A stretch of 64,000 nucleotides of DNA, taken from the NCBI GenBank assembly GCA_977017645.1, contig OZ360241.1, positions 61,318,001-61,382,000 of the forward strand. Direction: 5' to 3'. This DNA is from Torpedo marmorata. Its lineage: Eukaryota. Shown piece by piece: positions 34,701 to 49,700 of this stretch. A program made the position numbers and the translations under genes. The notes under the pieces are model-generated. The model made no database searches. It was not told where the DNA came from and saw only the letters and a list, made by a program, of their open reading frames with translations. Within the stretch, counting starts at the first letter, position 1. Each line of letters begins with the position of its first letter.

Positions 34701-37700
34701 GAGCTCTGATCGCAACAGGTCTGATGAGGATGAGTTAGAGAAGGTTCGCAAGAGTTTTTCTGCATGTTTATTGGAGGGAAAAGTGGTTTTCTTTAAACAA
34801 GGAGGTCAAGAACGTGTTAATCAAGGTGTATATACTTAAGGCAGAATGCACTAGGAAGTGTAGAAGATTGGATTCAGGAACTACAGAGTTGAACATTTGA
34901 AGTGTCTTAAGATGGAAATGGTCATACAGACATCCTTCATATGTGAGGAGTGTTTGTGTCTCCACTTATTTTTACACCAGTGTGTTCCAGATTCCCACTT
35001 AGGTTTTGAATGAAGAAAATATTTTCTTCAACTTCCCTTTATTCCTTTAACCCATCTCCTCCCTATGTCCTCAATTCCTAGCTATTAACCTCACTGCAAA
35101 GGGAAATAGGACCTTTTCTGTTCATCTCATAATTGAATATACTTTGATTGCATCTTCCTCACCCTTCATAATGGAGAAGAAAACCAGCCCAACAGGGATG
35201 ATGCAGCAATTGTAACTGGAATTTAATTTCAATCTTTTCTAGGAATTTTGTAGGTTAAAAAATACCCCTCACACAAAAAGGCTGTCTTCCATTACAACTG
35301 CTTTTGCACTAATAACAAAGTGTGTGGAGTGTTACAGCTCAACAGCAACGCATACATATCCTGACTCACAATTATTAATTACGTGGAAACTTTCTCAGGT
35401 ATCTCTCAGGCAAAATTTCTAGGAGTGCTTGCTAACGCAGGAACATTTTATCAGGTTAGCTGTAGGTTCATGTCCCTCTAAAGCCACAAGCTTTAATTTT
35501 AAATCTCCAAAGGGAGATCAATTTGTCTTTAAAGCCAATAGGTCTGTAAGTGCTTAGTGTAGTAATCAAAGAAAATTTCCCTCTTGACTCGGTGAGCGTG
35601 TGGTGGTGAGACTTCAAATGGACTGGCTGCAATCAGTTATCTTAACCTTGTTTCCTTATACTTGTTTATGAAGTGACAGAGCAAATTGAACTTAATCCTT
35701 GAAGTGTGACTGAGGGACAATGTCATTTGGAAAGAGTGAACGATATTTATAGAGAGACAGACTTGGTTCACAGAAGAACATGTGCTTCTCTGTTTATTAA
35801 CTGACCCTGGTGTTGATTTTATGGTCTTTCAGGAACTGGAACATATCAATGATTGGGGTCTGGATATCTTTAAGATTGGGGAGTATTCCAATCAGCGTCC
35901 CCTTACAGTTGCTATGTACACCATCTTCAAGGTAAAAAAATAATATTTTTCTGTCATTTGTGTTAATTGCTTGGTACCTGTTTGCCAGGTAACTCACAAG
36001 CAGCAGGTGTCAGTTCTGTAGAGTACCAGGAAGATGGACCTCATTGGCCCAGTCTGTCCTTGGCACTCTGTTGCCCTATTCCACAAGCTTAAAAATGTCC
36101 CATATATCCTAGATCAATGAAGAATTCACAAGCCCAATGTTTGACATTGATTGGATGAGAGCCTACACAATAAGGAGAATGTAGGTGAGCTGTCAGGATG
36201 ATTGTGACTCCGAGAGGGATTTGTACCAGAGTTCAGATCTAGGGATATCAACTTCAGTGTTGCCATGATCGCATAAACCTCACCACCCATAACCTCCCAA
36301 CTGTTGTGTCCTGCCACATGAACCCCCACCTTCCTTCAGCAAGTTGAAATTGAATAAACTTTTAGAACCATAGAACACTACAGCACAGAAACAGGCCCCT
36401 TTGGCCCTTCTAGTCTGTGCCGAACCATTTTTTTTGCCTAGTCCCACTGACCTGCACCCAGTCCATAGCCCTCCATACCTCTCCCATCCATGTATCTGTC
36501 CAAATTCTTTTTAAATGTTAAAATTGAGCCCGCATTCACCACCTCAGCTGGCAGCTCGTTCCACACTCCTACCACTCTCTGTGTGAAGAAGTTCCCCCTC
36601 ACGTTTCCCCTAAACTTTTCCACTTTCACTCTTAACCCATGTCCTCTGGTTTGTATCTCACCTACCCTCAGTGGAAAAAGCCTATCTACATTTACTCTGT
36701 CTATCCCCCTCATAGTTTTAAATACCTCTATAAAATCTCCCCTCATTATTCTACGCTCCAGGGAATAAAGTCCTAACCTGTTTAACCTTTCCCTGTAACT
36801 CAGTCCTGAAGTCCAGGCAACATCTTCTCTGCACTCTTTCTATCTTATTGATATCTTTCCTGTAGTTAGGTGACCAAAACTGCACACAATACTCCAAATT
36901 TGGCCTCACCAATGTCTTATACAACTTTACCATGACATCCCAGCTCCTATACTCAATAACAGCACCAATAGCCTGAATACGACTGGGATTGTCTGATCTC
37001 GGAAGCTAAGCAGGCACAGGACTGGTCAGTACTTGGAGGGGAGTCCGCCAAGGAACACCAGGTGCTATAGGTTTCTGTGAGGGGCGCTGGACAAAATAGC
37101 GACCCTCTGTCTGCCTTACGGTAGACAGAAATTAAAGAATTTCATGTATGTTACATTCTAAATGTAGTATTACGTGACAATAATGGAACCTTTACCTTTT
37201 TTACTTTGATTTATGAAGGCCAATATGCCAAAAGCTCTCTTTACAACCCTATCCACCTGTGACGCCACTTACAGGGAATTATGTATCTTTATTCCCCGGT
37301 CCCTCTGTTCTAGTGCACTCCTCAGTCCCCTACCATTCACCGTGTATGTCCTTTCTTGGTTTGTCCTTCCAAAATGCAACACGTCACACTTGTCTGCATT
37401 AAATTCCATCTGCCATTTTTCAGCCTATTTTTCCAGCTGGTCCAGATCCCTCTGCAAGCTTTGAAAACCTTCTTCACTGTCCACAACACCTCTAATCTTA
37501 GTGTCATCTGCAAATTTGCTGATCCAATTTACTACACGATCATCCAGATCATTGATATAGATGACAAACAACAATGGTCCCAGCACCGATCCCTGAGGCA
37601 CACCACTAGTCACAGGCCTCCAGTCTGAGAAGCAATCATCCACCACTACTCTCTGGCTTCTCCCGTCCAGCCATTGTCGAATCCAGTTCACTACTTCACC

Positions 37701-40700
37701 ATGAATACCTAGCGTTTGAACCTTCTTGACTAACCTTCCGTGTGGGACCTTGTCAAAGGCCTTACTAAAGTCCAACTAGACAACATCCACAGCCTTTCCT
37801 TCATCAACTTTCCTGGTAACCTCCTCTAAAAACTCTATAAGATTGGTTAAACACGACCTACCACACACAAAGCCATGTTGACTATCCCTAATCAGTTTCT
37901 GGCTATCCAAATAATTGTATATCCGATCTTTTAGAACACCTTCCAATAATTTACCTACTACTGACGTCAGGCTCACCGGCCTATAATTTCCAGGGTTACT
38001 TTTGAAGCCTTTTTTAAACAATGGAACAACGTGAGCTACCCTCCAATCCTCGGCACCACACCCGTGGCTAAGGATATTTTAAATATTTAAGACAGCAAGC
38101 ACTTCCTCCTCTTTTATCTGTATAGGTTCCATGACCTCATTGCTTGTTTCCCTTACTTCCCATGACTCTGTGCCTGTTTCCTGAGTGAATACTGATAAAA
38201 AGAAAACCATTTAAGATTCCCCCATCTCTTTTGGCTCCATACAAAGCCGACCACTTACTATCCTTTTGCTCTTAATATACCTGTGGAAACCCTTAGGATT
38301 TTCCTTCATATTGTCTGCCAAAGCAACCTTATGTCTTTTTTTTGCCTTCCTGATTTCTTTCTTGAGGTTTTTCTTGCATTTTTTTATACTCCTCATGTAC
38401 CTCATTTGCTCCATGTTACCTATACCTGCTATACACCTCTCTCTTCTTCCGAACCATATCCCCAATATCCCTTGAAAACCAAGGTTCCCTATGCCTGCTA
38501 ACCTTGCCTTTAATCCTGACAGGAACATACAAACTCTGTACTCTCAAAATGTCACCTTTTAATTGGATAGTTCTTGCCTATCAGTCCTGCAGACTTTCTT
38601 GTATGATTGACATTTTTAATCAAATAAAGGCTTTTTTAATGTCCCTTTGGTTCCAAAGATGTAGTAGCATTGTGTTCCTGCACTAATGACCTGAAAGCAT
38701 GAGTTCCAATTTCGGCTTGGGAACTTAAATTTGAAATTAAAAAGATAATTTCAGCAATAATACTGGATTGTTATTATAAATATCTGCTGTACAATCAGAA
38801 GCTGATTTGCAACTGTTACCCAGTCTATCCCATATGTGACTCCAAACCCATGTTGTTTTCAGTCTCATTAGAACTTTGTACATCTGATACCTTCTCTTTC
38901 TTATTTCAGCCCCCAGTTATTTTTTTTTAAGACAGACAGCACGGTAACAGGCCCTTCTGGCCCACAAGCCCATGCTGCCCAAACACCCCAATTAACCAAC
39001 AACCCCCTTACGTTTTGAACGGTGGGAGGAAACCGGAGCACCCGGAGGAAACCCACGCAGATTTGGGGAAAACGTACAAACTCCTTCATGACAGTGCCGG
39101 ATTCAAACCCTGGTCACTGGTGCTTTAATGGCATTGAGCTAACCGTTACGTTAACCATGCCATTATAAAGGCTGATATTCAATTGGCCTTCTTGATTATA
39201 TTTTTTGCACCTCATTATCAATTTTTAGTGATTAATGACCCCTTAATTTACTTCAGCCTTCATAATTTGCAACTTTTCATCATTATAATAAGACTTAGAC
39301 GGATCCAAAATGTACATCTTCACCATGAACATGTGCTGAAGCCCATCTTCCAGGGATTTGCCCACGAGCTTAACATGTCAATGTTTCTGTTTAATTTTGT
39401 GCTGCTGCCAACACTGCTCAATTAACCATTAATCTTTGTGTTTTCAGCTAACTTGGATCTGCACCTCCCTAGTACATTGGCTGATCCATAATTAAGTAAA
39501 ATATTTCTCTCCAAAATTACTCCTAACGTTGACACCATCATCTCTGGCCCATCGTTTACCACAAATCATTCCTTTTTACTCTTAACATCCTTTAATTCTG
39601 ATCACGATAACATTCCCAGCAGTTTCCCAGTAATTTTCAACCCCTATTTATCTAGAACAGCCATTCTCAACCTTTTTTTGGCTATGGCCTCCTTAGGACT
39701 GTGCAAAGTTTATGAGCCCCCTTCCCTGTGAAGTAGTCAAGTTTGGTTTCTCCCGTACTTCTCTTCTACCAACTACATGAAAAACATAAAAAATATTTAT
39801 GTTACGTGAGGGGAAAAGAAAACAAGTCTTTTACTTAAATGTGTTGTGCCCCCCCCCCACCCCCAGGGGGGCCGTAGGGCCCCCGTTGAGAATGACTGGC
39901 CTAGAATATACCAGGAATTTACTGCTGAATTATCTTTGTCTCTTCAGTAAAGGGGTAGGACCCAGAAAAATGCTCAGCATTCCACAAAGATCGGGGCTGG
40001 AATTTAACTCTGGTACCAAGGGTGGAAAGATTGGGTCTCTGCTCAGCATATTCCAGAGTCCTTCTGGAATTTTATGATTGAAATCTAGATATTTTGCAGT
40101 TTTACCCTAAATGGTTTACAGCAAATTAATTTTCATTATTTGCTCTTATCTTGAAGTCACGGCAGCTTCTGAAGACATTTAAGATCCCTGTGGAAACTTT
40201 CATCACATACATGCTGACTCTTGAAGACCACTACCATTCGGATGTGTGCTACCACAACAATTATCACGCTGCAGATGTGACCCAGTCCACGCATGTCTTG
40301 CTTCTGTCTCCAGCACTAGAGGTAGATTCCAATAGCTTTATACAATTCAATGTTAGTTTTTAATGAACCTTTTACTCTAGTCTCAGTCTCTTTCTTTTTT
40401 AAATCTCTTTATTAATTCCATAAAATCATGGATATAACAGTTCATTCACTATATATGTTTACAGAGAAAAAGAAAAGAAAAGCATTATCACACGTTCCAT
40501 TAATCCATCCATAACAGAATATACATTACAGATATATATCAACTTTTTTTTCTTTACAATTTAGTATTATAATACCAATAGGTATAAAAAGAACCAAGCC
40601 ACAAAAAAAAAGATAACATAGTAATTTCATCGTAATACATTTTTTTATAAAAGCTCTCAGCCTCAAAGGGGTGAATATGCAATCTGCATTTTTGGCATCC

Positions 40701-43700
40701 TGAAGCCTCATAGAAAGATGGATTTTTTTTTTGACATGGGAGGCCATTCTGTCCTTCATATTCATGCTAGTCCACAAAGAACCATCCAGCCTAATCCCAC
40801 CTAGCAGGGCCCCATCTGGAGAACAGCAGGCCACAGCTCTTCATGTACACAACCAAGGCTCGTTTAACTGTGACTCTGCAGACCTGTCAGAACGTGAATT
40901 GCAGTTCCTCAGCACCATCTGCGTGAAAAACTGAGTCCTCTCCTCCTCTCTAATATAATTGTTTTAAAACTATGAATTCTGCTGTTGACTATTTCCTATT
41001 AATTCTGTGTGGGTCCTGCATAATCTTACGCATCTCAATGAAGTCTCTTCCTGTGCTTTAAAAGATCATGGGTGGTGCTAGAATAGTCACATGGTTCGTG
41101 CCCATCACCAGTTGCCTGTAATAGGCTAGATGGATGGGTGATCCTTTTGAACAGCTGCAACCCTTCTTCCTGACCATCTTCTCCCTGACCAATAGCACTG
41201 TGGGAGCCCTATCACCACATCGACTGCAGCAGTTCAAGAAGTACAGTATTTACGTGACTAGTCCAAATGAGTTTCTGGTCCATGGTGGCCTTCAGGGTGT
41301 TGATGGTGGGAGCTTGAAAATGGTAATGCTATTGAATGTCAAGGGTAGAGAGCCAGACCCTTATTTGTTGGAGATGGTCATTGTCTGGCACTTGATGTGC
41401 CGGTGTTACTCGTTCCTGATTAGCCTGAACTTCTCGACAGTTACGCAGGGAAATATAAGCAAATACATGGGTGACTGTTGGTGTTTGGGAGGAAGCTCCA
41501 GCCTCTTCTAGTGATTAAACATATTGGTGTTGATTTCTTCTGACTCTTTCTTCCAGGCAGTTTTCACGGATCTTGAGGTAATGGCTGCAATTTTTGCCTC
41601 TGCAATCCATGATGTTGACCATCCAGGTGTCTCCAACCAATTCCTCATCAATACCAGTAAGTACTGTCCATGGCTGCGGCAGTCAGAAAGGATTCACTCT
41701 TTGGCTGAAAACCTCCAAAAAGTTTCAATACAGTTTCATTGCTGGGTACAGTATTTGTTATTTTATTTGTGAATGGTATGTTGAGAAGGTTATCATTTAA
41801 AATCCATCGCTATGTGTCCAAATGGATGTTTCCCTGGGTTATTTCAAAGGGTGGTAAAGAATTCCTTGCATCTGATCTAACAAAGACCAATAAATTTCCT
41901 TCTGTTAAAAAAAGCAATCTCGGTGCTTCATTGTACTGAATATATTATGATTTTTTTTTATTCCAGATTTATTCAGTTATCTGGCTTTAAACTTTTCACT
42001 GGATTAGCGAGGATTTGAACTCCTCTTCGCATCATTAGAACTCTTGATTACTACTCCAGCAACATAAACACCCTGCTACCCCTACCAATACACTGGGCCC
42101 TCGAATCCTTACATTCGTTTCCCAGATATGCACAATTATTTATAAATGTTTGAATAATGAGTTTGTTTATGCTACAGGGAAAGAAGGAATATATTTTATT
42201 TTTAATGTTTTGAAGTAATGAATAGTCTTATATAGAAAAAATGTTCTTGGAAATATTTTCAGCTTTTGAATAATTATTTTTCAAATTTCTTTTCACTCAT
42301 CTTTTACACATATGATCTTCTATTCTCTCTGTCCCTCGTTCTCCATTTCCTATCTTTCAGCATCCTTTCTTGGTTTCTGTCCCCTTTTCCTATTTTACTG
42401 TCTCCATCTCCATTTTTTCCATTTTCTCACATCCCACCAGTATTTCCCTTTCTCTGCTATTTCCATCTTTCAGTGTTTCACTCCATCATCTTCCAACCCT
42501 TTCCATCACTTTCATTCATCAGGTTTCCTTTTATATTGTCACCACTATCTTCCTTGTATTCCCACATGTTTTTCCCATCTCCCTCCATCACTCCTTGCCC
42601 CTGTCTCTCTACCTTTTTCTTTGCTTCTCCCATTGACTCCTTCTGCCTCGTTCTTTCTCGCAAGGTCTCCCTCTTTCCCTAGAGTGTCCCCAATTGTACG
42701 CCCCTGTCTTCCCCCTCCCCCTGTCTCTCCAACACCGTCCTATCGCCCCATGACTTATCCTGTCTCTCTGTTGTCTTCTGCAGACTCCGAGTTAGCACTG
42801 ATGTACAATGATGTCTCAGTTTTGGAGAACCATCACTTGGCCGTAGGCTTTAAACTGCTGCAGCAACAGAACTGCAACATCTTTCAGAACTTGTGCAAGA
42901 AAGAGTTTCAAAGCCTTCGCAAAATGGCCATCGATATGGTTTGTGCAACAACTTCCTCCACCAATCCCTCACAAACAGAATTCAACCAGCAAGTTCATTG
43001 CTCTAACTCCCTAACTCCTTTTCTCAGCCAGCCTACCATTAACTCCACTTGGAACGTATTTTCCAAATTATTCAAAATTTAAGAACTTATTTCTTAATCT
43101 CTATTTTAATTTGACTCCCCATGAGTTTAATTTGTTTTGTTTCTCAATTACCTTGATTCTGTATTCAACAGGTGCGTATGTGGTAGCTTTCTTTCTCGAG
43201 CATAATCAGGATTTTTTTAATCTGTCCCATTAGCTGTCTAATGCAGTGGTTTTCAAACTTTTTCTTTCCACTCACATACCACTTTAAGTAATCCCTATGC
43301 CATAGGTGCTCTGTGATTAGTAAGGGATTACTTAAGGTGGTATGTGAGTGGGAAGGGAAGGTTGAGAACCACTGCTCTGGACCCAATTGTTACTGAAATA
43401 TTTTGCTTGAGAAAAATTGTCATTGGCCCATTTCCTTTGGAGTTATGAAACCGTGCACATAACGAGTCAATTAGGTACGATTAAAACAGTGGTTTTCAAA
43501 CTTTTTTATTTCTACTCACATACCACCTTAAGTAATCCCTTACTAATCACAGAGCACCTATGGCATAGGGATTACTTAAGGTGGTATGTAAGTGGAAAGA
43601 AAAAGTTTGAAAACCACTGGTCTAATGCATAGACACACAATATAGTATTCAGTAAAAGCTCTGAGCAAGGCATTAAGAACTTTGAGATCTGCGGAGAATA

Positions 43701-46700
43701 CCTTCGTTGCACTGTGTTCATTTTAAGATTCACTCTTCTGATGCATTGCTTCTTGGTTGTTGAACGTTTAGCCGCTCCAAGTTCCCTAACATGAACTGCC
43801 TTAAGACCACTCCATCTACGGTGTACTTACCTAATACATTTTTCATCCTGAAGCTAGTTAACAATCCAGATTGCTACTTGTTCCCTGACTCTGCACTCTC
43901 TTCACTATATTCATTTATCTATCACAGGCAATCATTCTGAGCACCATTTAAAAATCTGGATAAATTACATCTATTGTATTACCATTGTCTACTCTCTCCG
44001 TTACCTCCTCAAAAACTCAGAGTTGACTAAGCAAGATTTCTCTATTGAAGTCCATGATGACTGTCCATTATCACACTTTTCATTCTAGATGTTCTTCTGT
44101 TCCTTCCTTTTTTAAGGATTCCATGATTCTTCTTCCCAAAGATGCTGTTGACTGGTTTATATTTCCCAGGGCATGCTCTATCCATCTTTGTAAATATTGG
44201 CATTATATTAGCCATCTGCCAGTCTACTGCATCTATTTCTACTGAATTATTAAAAATTAATTGTAATATCTTTGCTCTTTCGTCTCAGATTTACATCCAC
44301 ACCTTCCAGCCACAGTGCAATATATCTTCTCCTGGCATTAGATAGGCAACATGCCCTTCTCATTCATGGGCGCTGATTATTCCCACACTTTACCGGAATG
44401 CCTTAACACTACCACATTTCTATTTCAAATGCTTGGACAGTCTCCTAACCACAGCCATCCTCCTCCTCCTCCTCCTCCTCCTCCTCCTCCTCCTTTAGCC
44501 AGTCACTCGGGATCAAGGATCACCTATGTCCACTCCAGTTTTCTGGGTTCTGACAAGCTGATGAGACCCACAGAAGGGGCAGGAGGTGCTTGAAGGGTTG
44601 GCTGGGTTGGTAAATCGTAAAGTGGAGTGCTTCTTCCACCATTTAACTGTGTGCTCCAATGCAGAGTTCTCAGTGCGATCTTAATGCTACTTCTTCACTA
44701 TGAGTGGTTATGGGCCAGGGATTCTTAGGAGCAGCATATTTTCTAGGAGGTTTTGAGAAATTTAGTAAATCTTTTTCTCCTAGTGATTTAATCCCAAATT
44801 TGGAATAGAGTATTAATTTCAGGTGCAGTCATCAGGCAAGCAATGTGACCTGCCCTACAAGTGTAATTAGGATCTCGATACTGACGTTGTTAGACTCTAG
44901 CTACCTACGGTCTTCTTGACCCCACAGGTAGCGATTGCACCATATCTCTTGAGCAGCATCAGTCTAAAAGACCTCCCTCCCAGCCTTAGCCACCTGCATA
45001 CTTAACAATCATAAGTTTCCCTTCCTGTACCTGTGTATGATTATATTTTGAACCTACTAATCCGATTTTATACATTCATTTGTGGGATGTAGATATCAGG
45101 CACCACTATTTATTGTCTATTCCTGATTGTTTTCTAAATGCTTTCTGAATTCGGGGACAATCACATTAGTGGGTCTGGAGTCACAAAGGCTGGGTAAGGA
45201 CAGCAAATGTTCTCCCCTTTAAGGACTTTCAAGAACCAGATGGATTACCATGACTGAAACTACCTTTTAATTTAAATTTTGTTTTATTGTTTGAATTTAA
45301 ATTACTCAGCTGCCATCGTGGGATTTGTATTCTTGTCTGTGGATCAATGGTCCAGAACACTGGGCTGTTGGCCCTAGTACGTTAATCACTACACTACTTC
45401 TCATGACATATTGTACCAGCTTCTTTCAACAGTGTACCTACTGCAAAGGGTCCTTGTTCAAATAGTGTCCCAGATAGAATCTCTTTAAATGAGATCTCTG
45501 ATAGACTCCCTCATTGGTGTAATTGATGGTGGGAAAATGGGTTCCTCTCACATCACAAACACATTCCATTCAGTTAATTGGACTGATGAGTGGTTCTGAG
45601 AACCAGAGTAGTCGCAATAGGCTGAATAACCTACCATATCATCGAAAATATGTAAATAATATGAATGGGATCCCTGATGGAGAGACTCTGTTTTCCATGC
45701 AGACCCCAACAGTGAGATAGATGCTCTCTTGTTTTGGTAATTAGTTTTGTGTCTCTCTAACCCGAGCCTTTTCTGATCCAGGTGCTAGCAACAGACATGA
45801 TGAAGCACATGAACCTATTGGCAGATTTGAAGACAATGGTGGAGACAAAGAAAGTTACGAGTTTAGGAGTCTTATTGCTGGATAATTACTCTGACCGGAT
45901 ACAGGTACAGGCTCACCCAGTTTTCATGACTGCTACATCAAACATTTTCCTGTTATTTAAATTGAGTTCACTTTTTATGTAACTATTTCAACATTGAAAA
46001 TCCAAATATAAGCTATCAGTCAAAAAACACCATAGTATCACAACGTGTCACGCCTCAGTGTTAAACAGTGACAGCCAAGTTTGGACTAGTGCTGTACCCC
46101 ATTATGTTGCAAAAAGAAATCTGTGCTGATCAGTGCTCTACTCTTGTGTCACACGGTGACAGACTTGCCCCACCAATAAGTTACCTCAGTGTGTTGCAGT
46201 GACAGTTCTATCCCTACCCTAAAAATATCCCAGAATTACATAGTGCCAGTCTGTTCCCTGCTGGTGGGGAGAGGTCTGTCAATGTATACCCATGCTATAC
46301 TGTGACAGACCTGTCTTTTCCATTACTGTACAACTGTGTTACACAGCAACAGACCAAGTGTCTTGTATGCTTCAATTAATAAACCAATAATGACTTGGAG
46401 CTCAGCCTCCAAACGTACGCATATGCAAACATTATCCGCACAGTGCAGCTCCGTGATTGAAATTGGAGTGACTGTGGTTCTGAAGTTGAAGCAACATAGT
46501 TGAGACCAGAGTCTCAGTGCTGGTGTGTTGACTGGGAGAGGGACATGAGTTGGTTTGCTTATCTTTCCAGTGGATTTGGACGGATATTTGGAATAAGTGT
46601 TGGAGTTATTTTTTAAGTGCCTTGGGGCAGCTGGTGCAGATAATCCAGATCTCTGAAGCATATAGGAAGAGAGGGATCACAACTGCCCAATAGACCATGA

Positions 46701-49700
46701 GTTCAGTCACAGGTTCTGAGGTCTTGATCTTCAAAACATCCTTTGCCTCAATCAACCAAATACTGTGCTGTGCACTGAAGATGATGGTGAATTTTGTAAT
46801 CAATGTTGGCCTACACAAAAGGTCCAGAGATATCAGATCTGAGTCCTCCTTTTCCAGGCTCTTGCTGTGAACATGTAATACACTGGACAACACATTTTTT
46901 CAAAAGGTTTGCTTCCTGAAAATAAATTGGGGATTATAATAGAGAACTTCAATCTGAACACAAAGATAGTTTCAGATTTGCTGTATCACATAGGAAGTTG
47001 GAAAAACATTAAATTAACTTTTATTGAATTTAGCATTAAGCGTATACTCGCCAAAATGTAACAGAATATATCGCAGCTGTTGCGACATTGACGAGACATT
47101 TCTGCTGTATTGAATCTTCCTGAAGACAATAAATGCTATTGTTAAGTACACTCACTATGCTATATTGCCTGAAGAACATGTGCATCAACATGCGTTCAAA
47201 CTATATCAATGTAATGCACAGCATCTGTATATGTGAGCTGCTTTTATAGCCTGTCTGCACCTATCCTGACTAAGCAGCCCAGGCCTAAGACAACATTTGC
47301 ATGGCACCTTCACTGAGTTCATGCCCAGGCATGCTTGGACTGACAAAAACAGCTTGCTTTGTGGGCAATATACTAGTAGGCTTAAAATATGACAGGAAAT
47401 CACAAAATGGGTTATATCTAAAAAAAAAAGGTACGTGATAGGAAAGTTTTAAGGTGATTTTCGTGATGAGCAGTCCAAAATCCATAAAATATACCCAAAA
47501 GTGTTCAGGAAGTTGTCCAGTGTTATGAGAGGGTGGTGTTGTCCGTTTGGTAGAATACCTTTGACAAAATTTTGATTATAAGGCCGATCTTCCTGATGCT
47601 CCGTTGAATAAGTCAACAATAATTTGAAGCTTGGCTTGCAAACACAAGCATCATCTGCATACTTCATTTTGGCTCCTGATGTTGGGGTGACCTTGGACTA
47701 TAGGTGAATAGTTCCTCTGAGTTTGGAAGATTAACTCTTTCCCGTGGGAAATGTGTTGGCGGTGAGTTGCAGTATTGCAGCAAGAAAGATTAAAAGCAAT
47801 ATTGAAGTGTCTTGTTTGACACTGATTTTCACTGAGATTGGCTCTGGTTTTGATCAATTGGCTAGGATTATAGCTTAGATGTCATAATGAAGCAAACATA
47901 AAATGAAGATGAATACTGAGGGCAACCCTAATTGGAAAGGATGCTCCACAGTCCCTCCTGATTAATGGAACCAAAGACTTTAGTGCAGCTGAAAGAGGTC
48001 ATGTGTGGTATTGACTGCCCCCTCAATAGGTTTTCCTTCATTCAACCCACAGTGAATAGGCAGGTATTTGGGCCATCACTGAAAAACCCATGCATGTCAT
48101 TGTCTATCAGCAAGTGGCTGAGCCTCCTGTACTCATCTCATTCCATCAATGTGCAAGACGGTATCACCATTATTTTCCCCCAATGTTATACCATAACAGA
48201 CCTGTGTTTATCAATACTGTACCCATGCTATGCTGTAACAAGTCTGCACCAATATCATAAAATATACCTATATCACCTTGGTCACCACCTCTTCTCGCTG
48301 CTATAATTGGGAAGAAGGTACAGAAGCCTAAAGTCCAGCACCTCGAAGGTCAAGAACAGATTTTATCCAATGGCTAGACCTATTGGATAAGTAATCCAAT
48401 TACTTATCCAATGGCTATCAGGCTCTTGATGGCTCTCTACTATCTGTATCATAAACTCTCGGGCCATAAAAAGATCAGTCTGCACAGTTGAAATATCACT
48501 TCTTTTCTTGCACTAGTTGTAACTGTGAATGTTTATTTATCTATCTATCCTTTATATTTATTTTCTCTATCTCTACTGGGGCAATTTAATCTGCACTATT
48601 GTAGTTGGTGTATCTGGCTGCAGTAAGTAAGAATTTTGGTGCATATGTACATTATGACACCACAGCAACAGAACTATAGCCACCAGTAATGTACCCCAGA
48701 ATTAGACAATGACAGCTGTTTGCACAACTTTAAAAAACAAGTGTTCTGTAGGAATCAATCTGCACCCATAATATCAGTCCCAATGTTATATTGAAGCTGA
48801 TTTGTTCCGTCACCACTATAATCCAATATTATACAGAAAGGATGTATACCCATCATGACTGTCCATGGTTTTATACATAGACCTGTTCCCAACATTACTG
48901 TACCCCAGTGTTGGACAATGACAGACCTGCCCCACAAAGTTCAAGGTCATTATCATCTGACTGTACATATACAACCAGACAAAACAACATTTCTCCGGAC
49001 CACAGTGCACACACATACACATACAATACACCACACATAAAAGTAACGTATTCATTAATCTCACAGCCTGCGGGAAGAAGCTAGTCCCCAGCCTGGCAGC
49101 CCTGATTTTGATGCTTCTATATCTACTCCTTGATGGTAGTAGGTCAAAGCTACGTACTGTGTGCTGGATGGAGAGGGTCCTCAACAATTCTTTGAGCCCT
49201 ATTTAAGCAATGCTCCCAGTGAATGTTGTCAATAGAGGAAAGGGAGACCCCAATGATCTTCTCAACCATTTTGATGATCCTGTTTACTGGATCCATTATT
49301 GAATGAAAATGTTACTCAAGTCCTGTGGCTCTTTACTGTAATTCTGCTGGTGGTTTCTGCTGTGAGAGGGCTGACACAATAGTGAGTCAGTGGGCAGTTC
49401 GTATTTAACCATGTTTTTTGGAAAAAAAGCACTGAACCCAATGTTGTTCCTTTCCACAGGTTCTGCAGAACATGGTGCACTGTGCCGATCTGAGCAATCC
49501 CACCAAACCCCTACACCTGTACCGGATCTGGGTGGATAAAATCATGAAAGAATTCTTCAACCAGGGGGATCGAGAGCGGGAACGGGGCATGGATATCAGC
49601 CCGATGTGTGACAAACATACTGCTTCTATTGAGAAAACCCAGGTTAGATGGCATAAATCCCGTGCAGATGTGCAGCAGAGGGGAAGAGATTGAAAGTCAC

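Noticed and set aside
37962-37969. Second TGACGTCA CRE
   Set aside because: Lies within CR1 coding sequence (SLTS codons).
42266-42780. Hydrophobic F/S/L/P-rich ORFs
   Set aside because: Translation of a pyrimidine tract upstream of the real exon.
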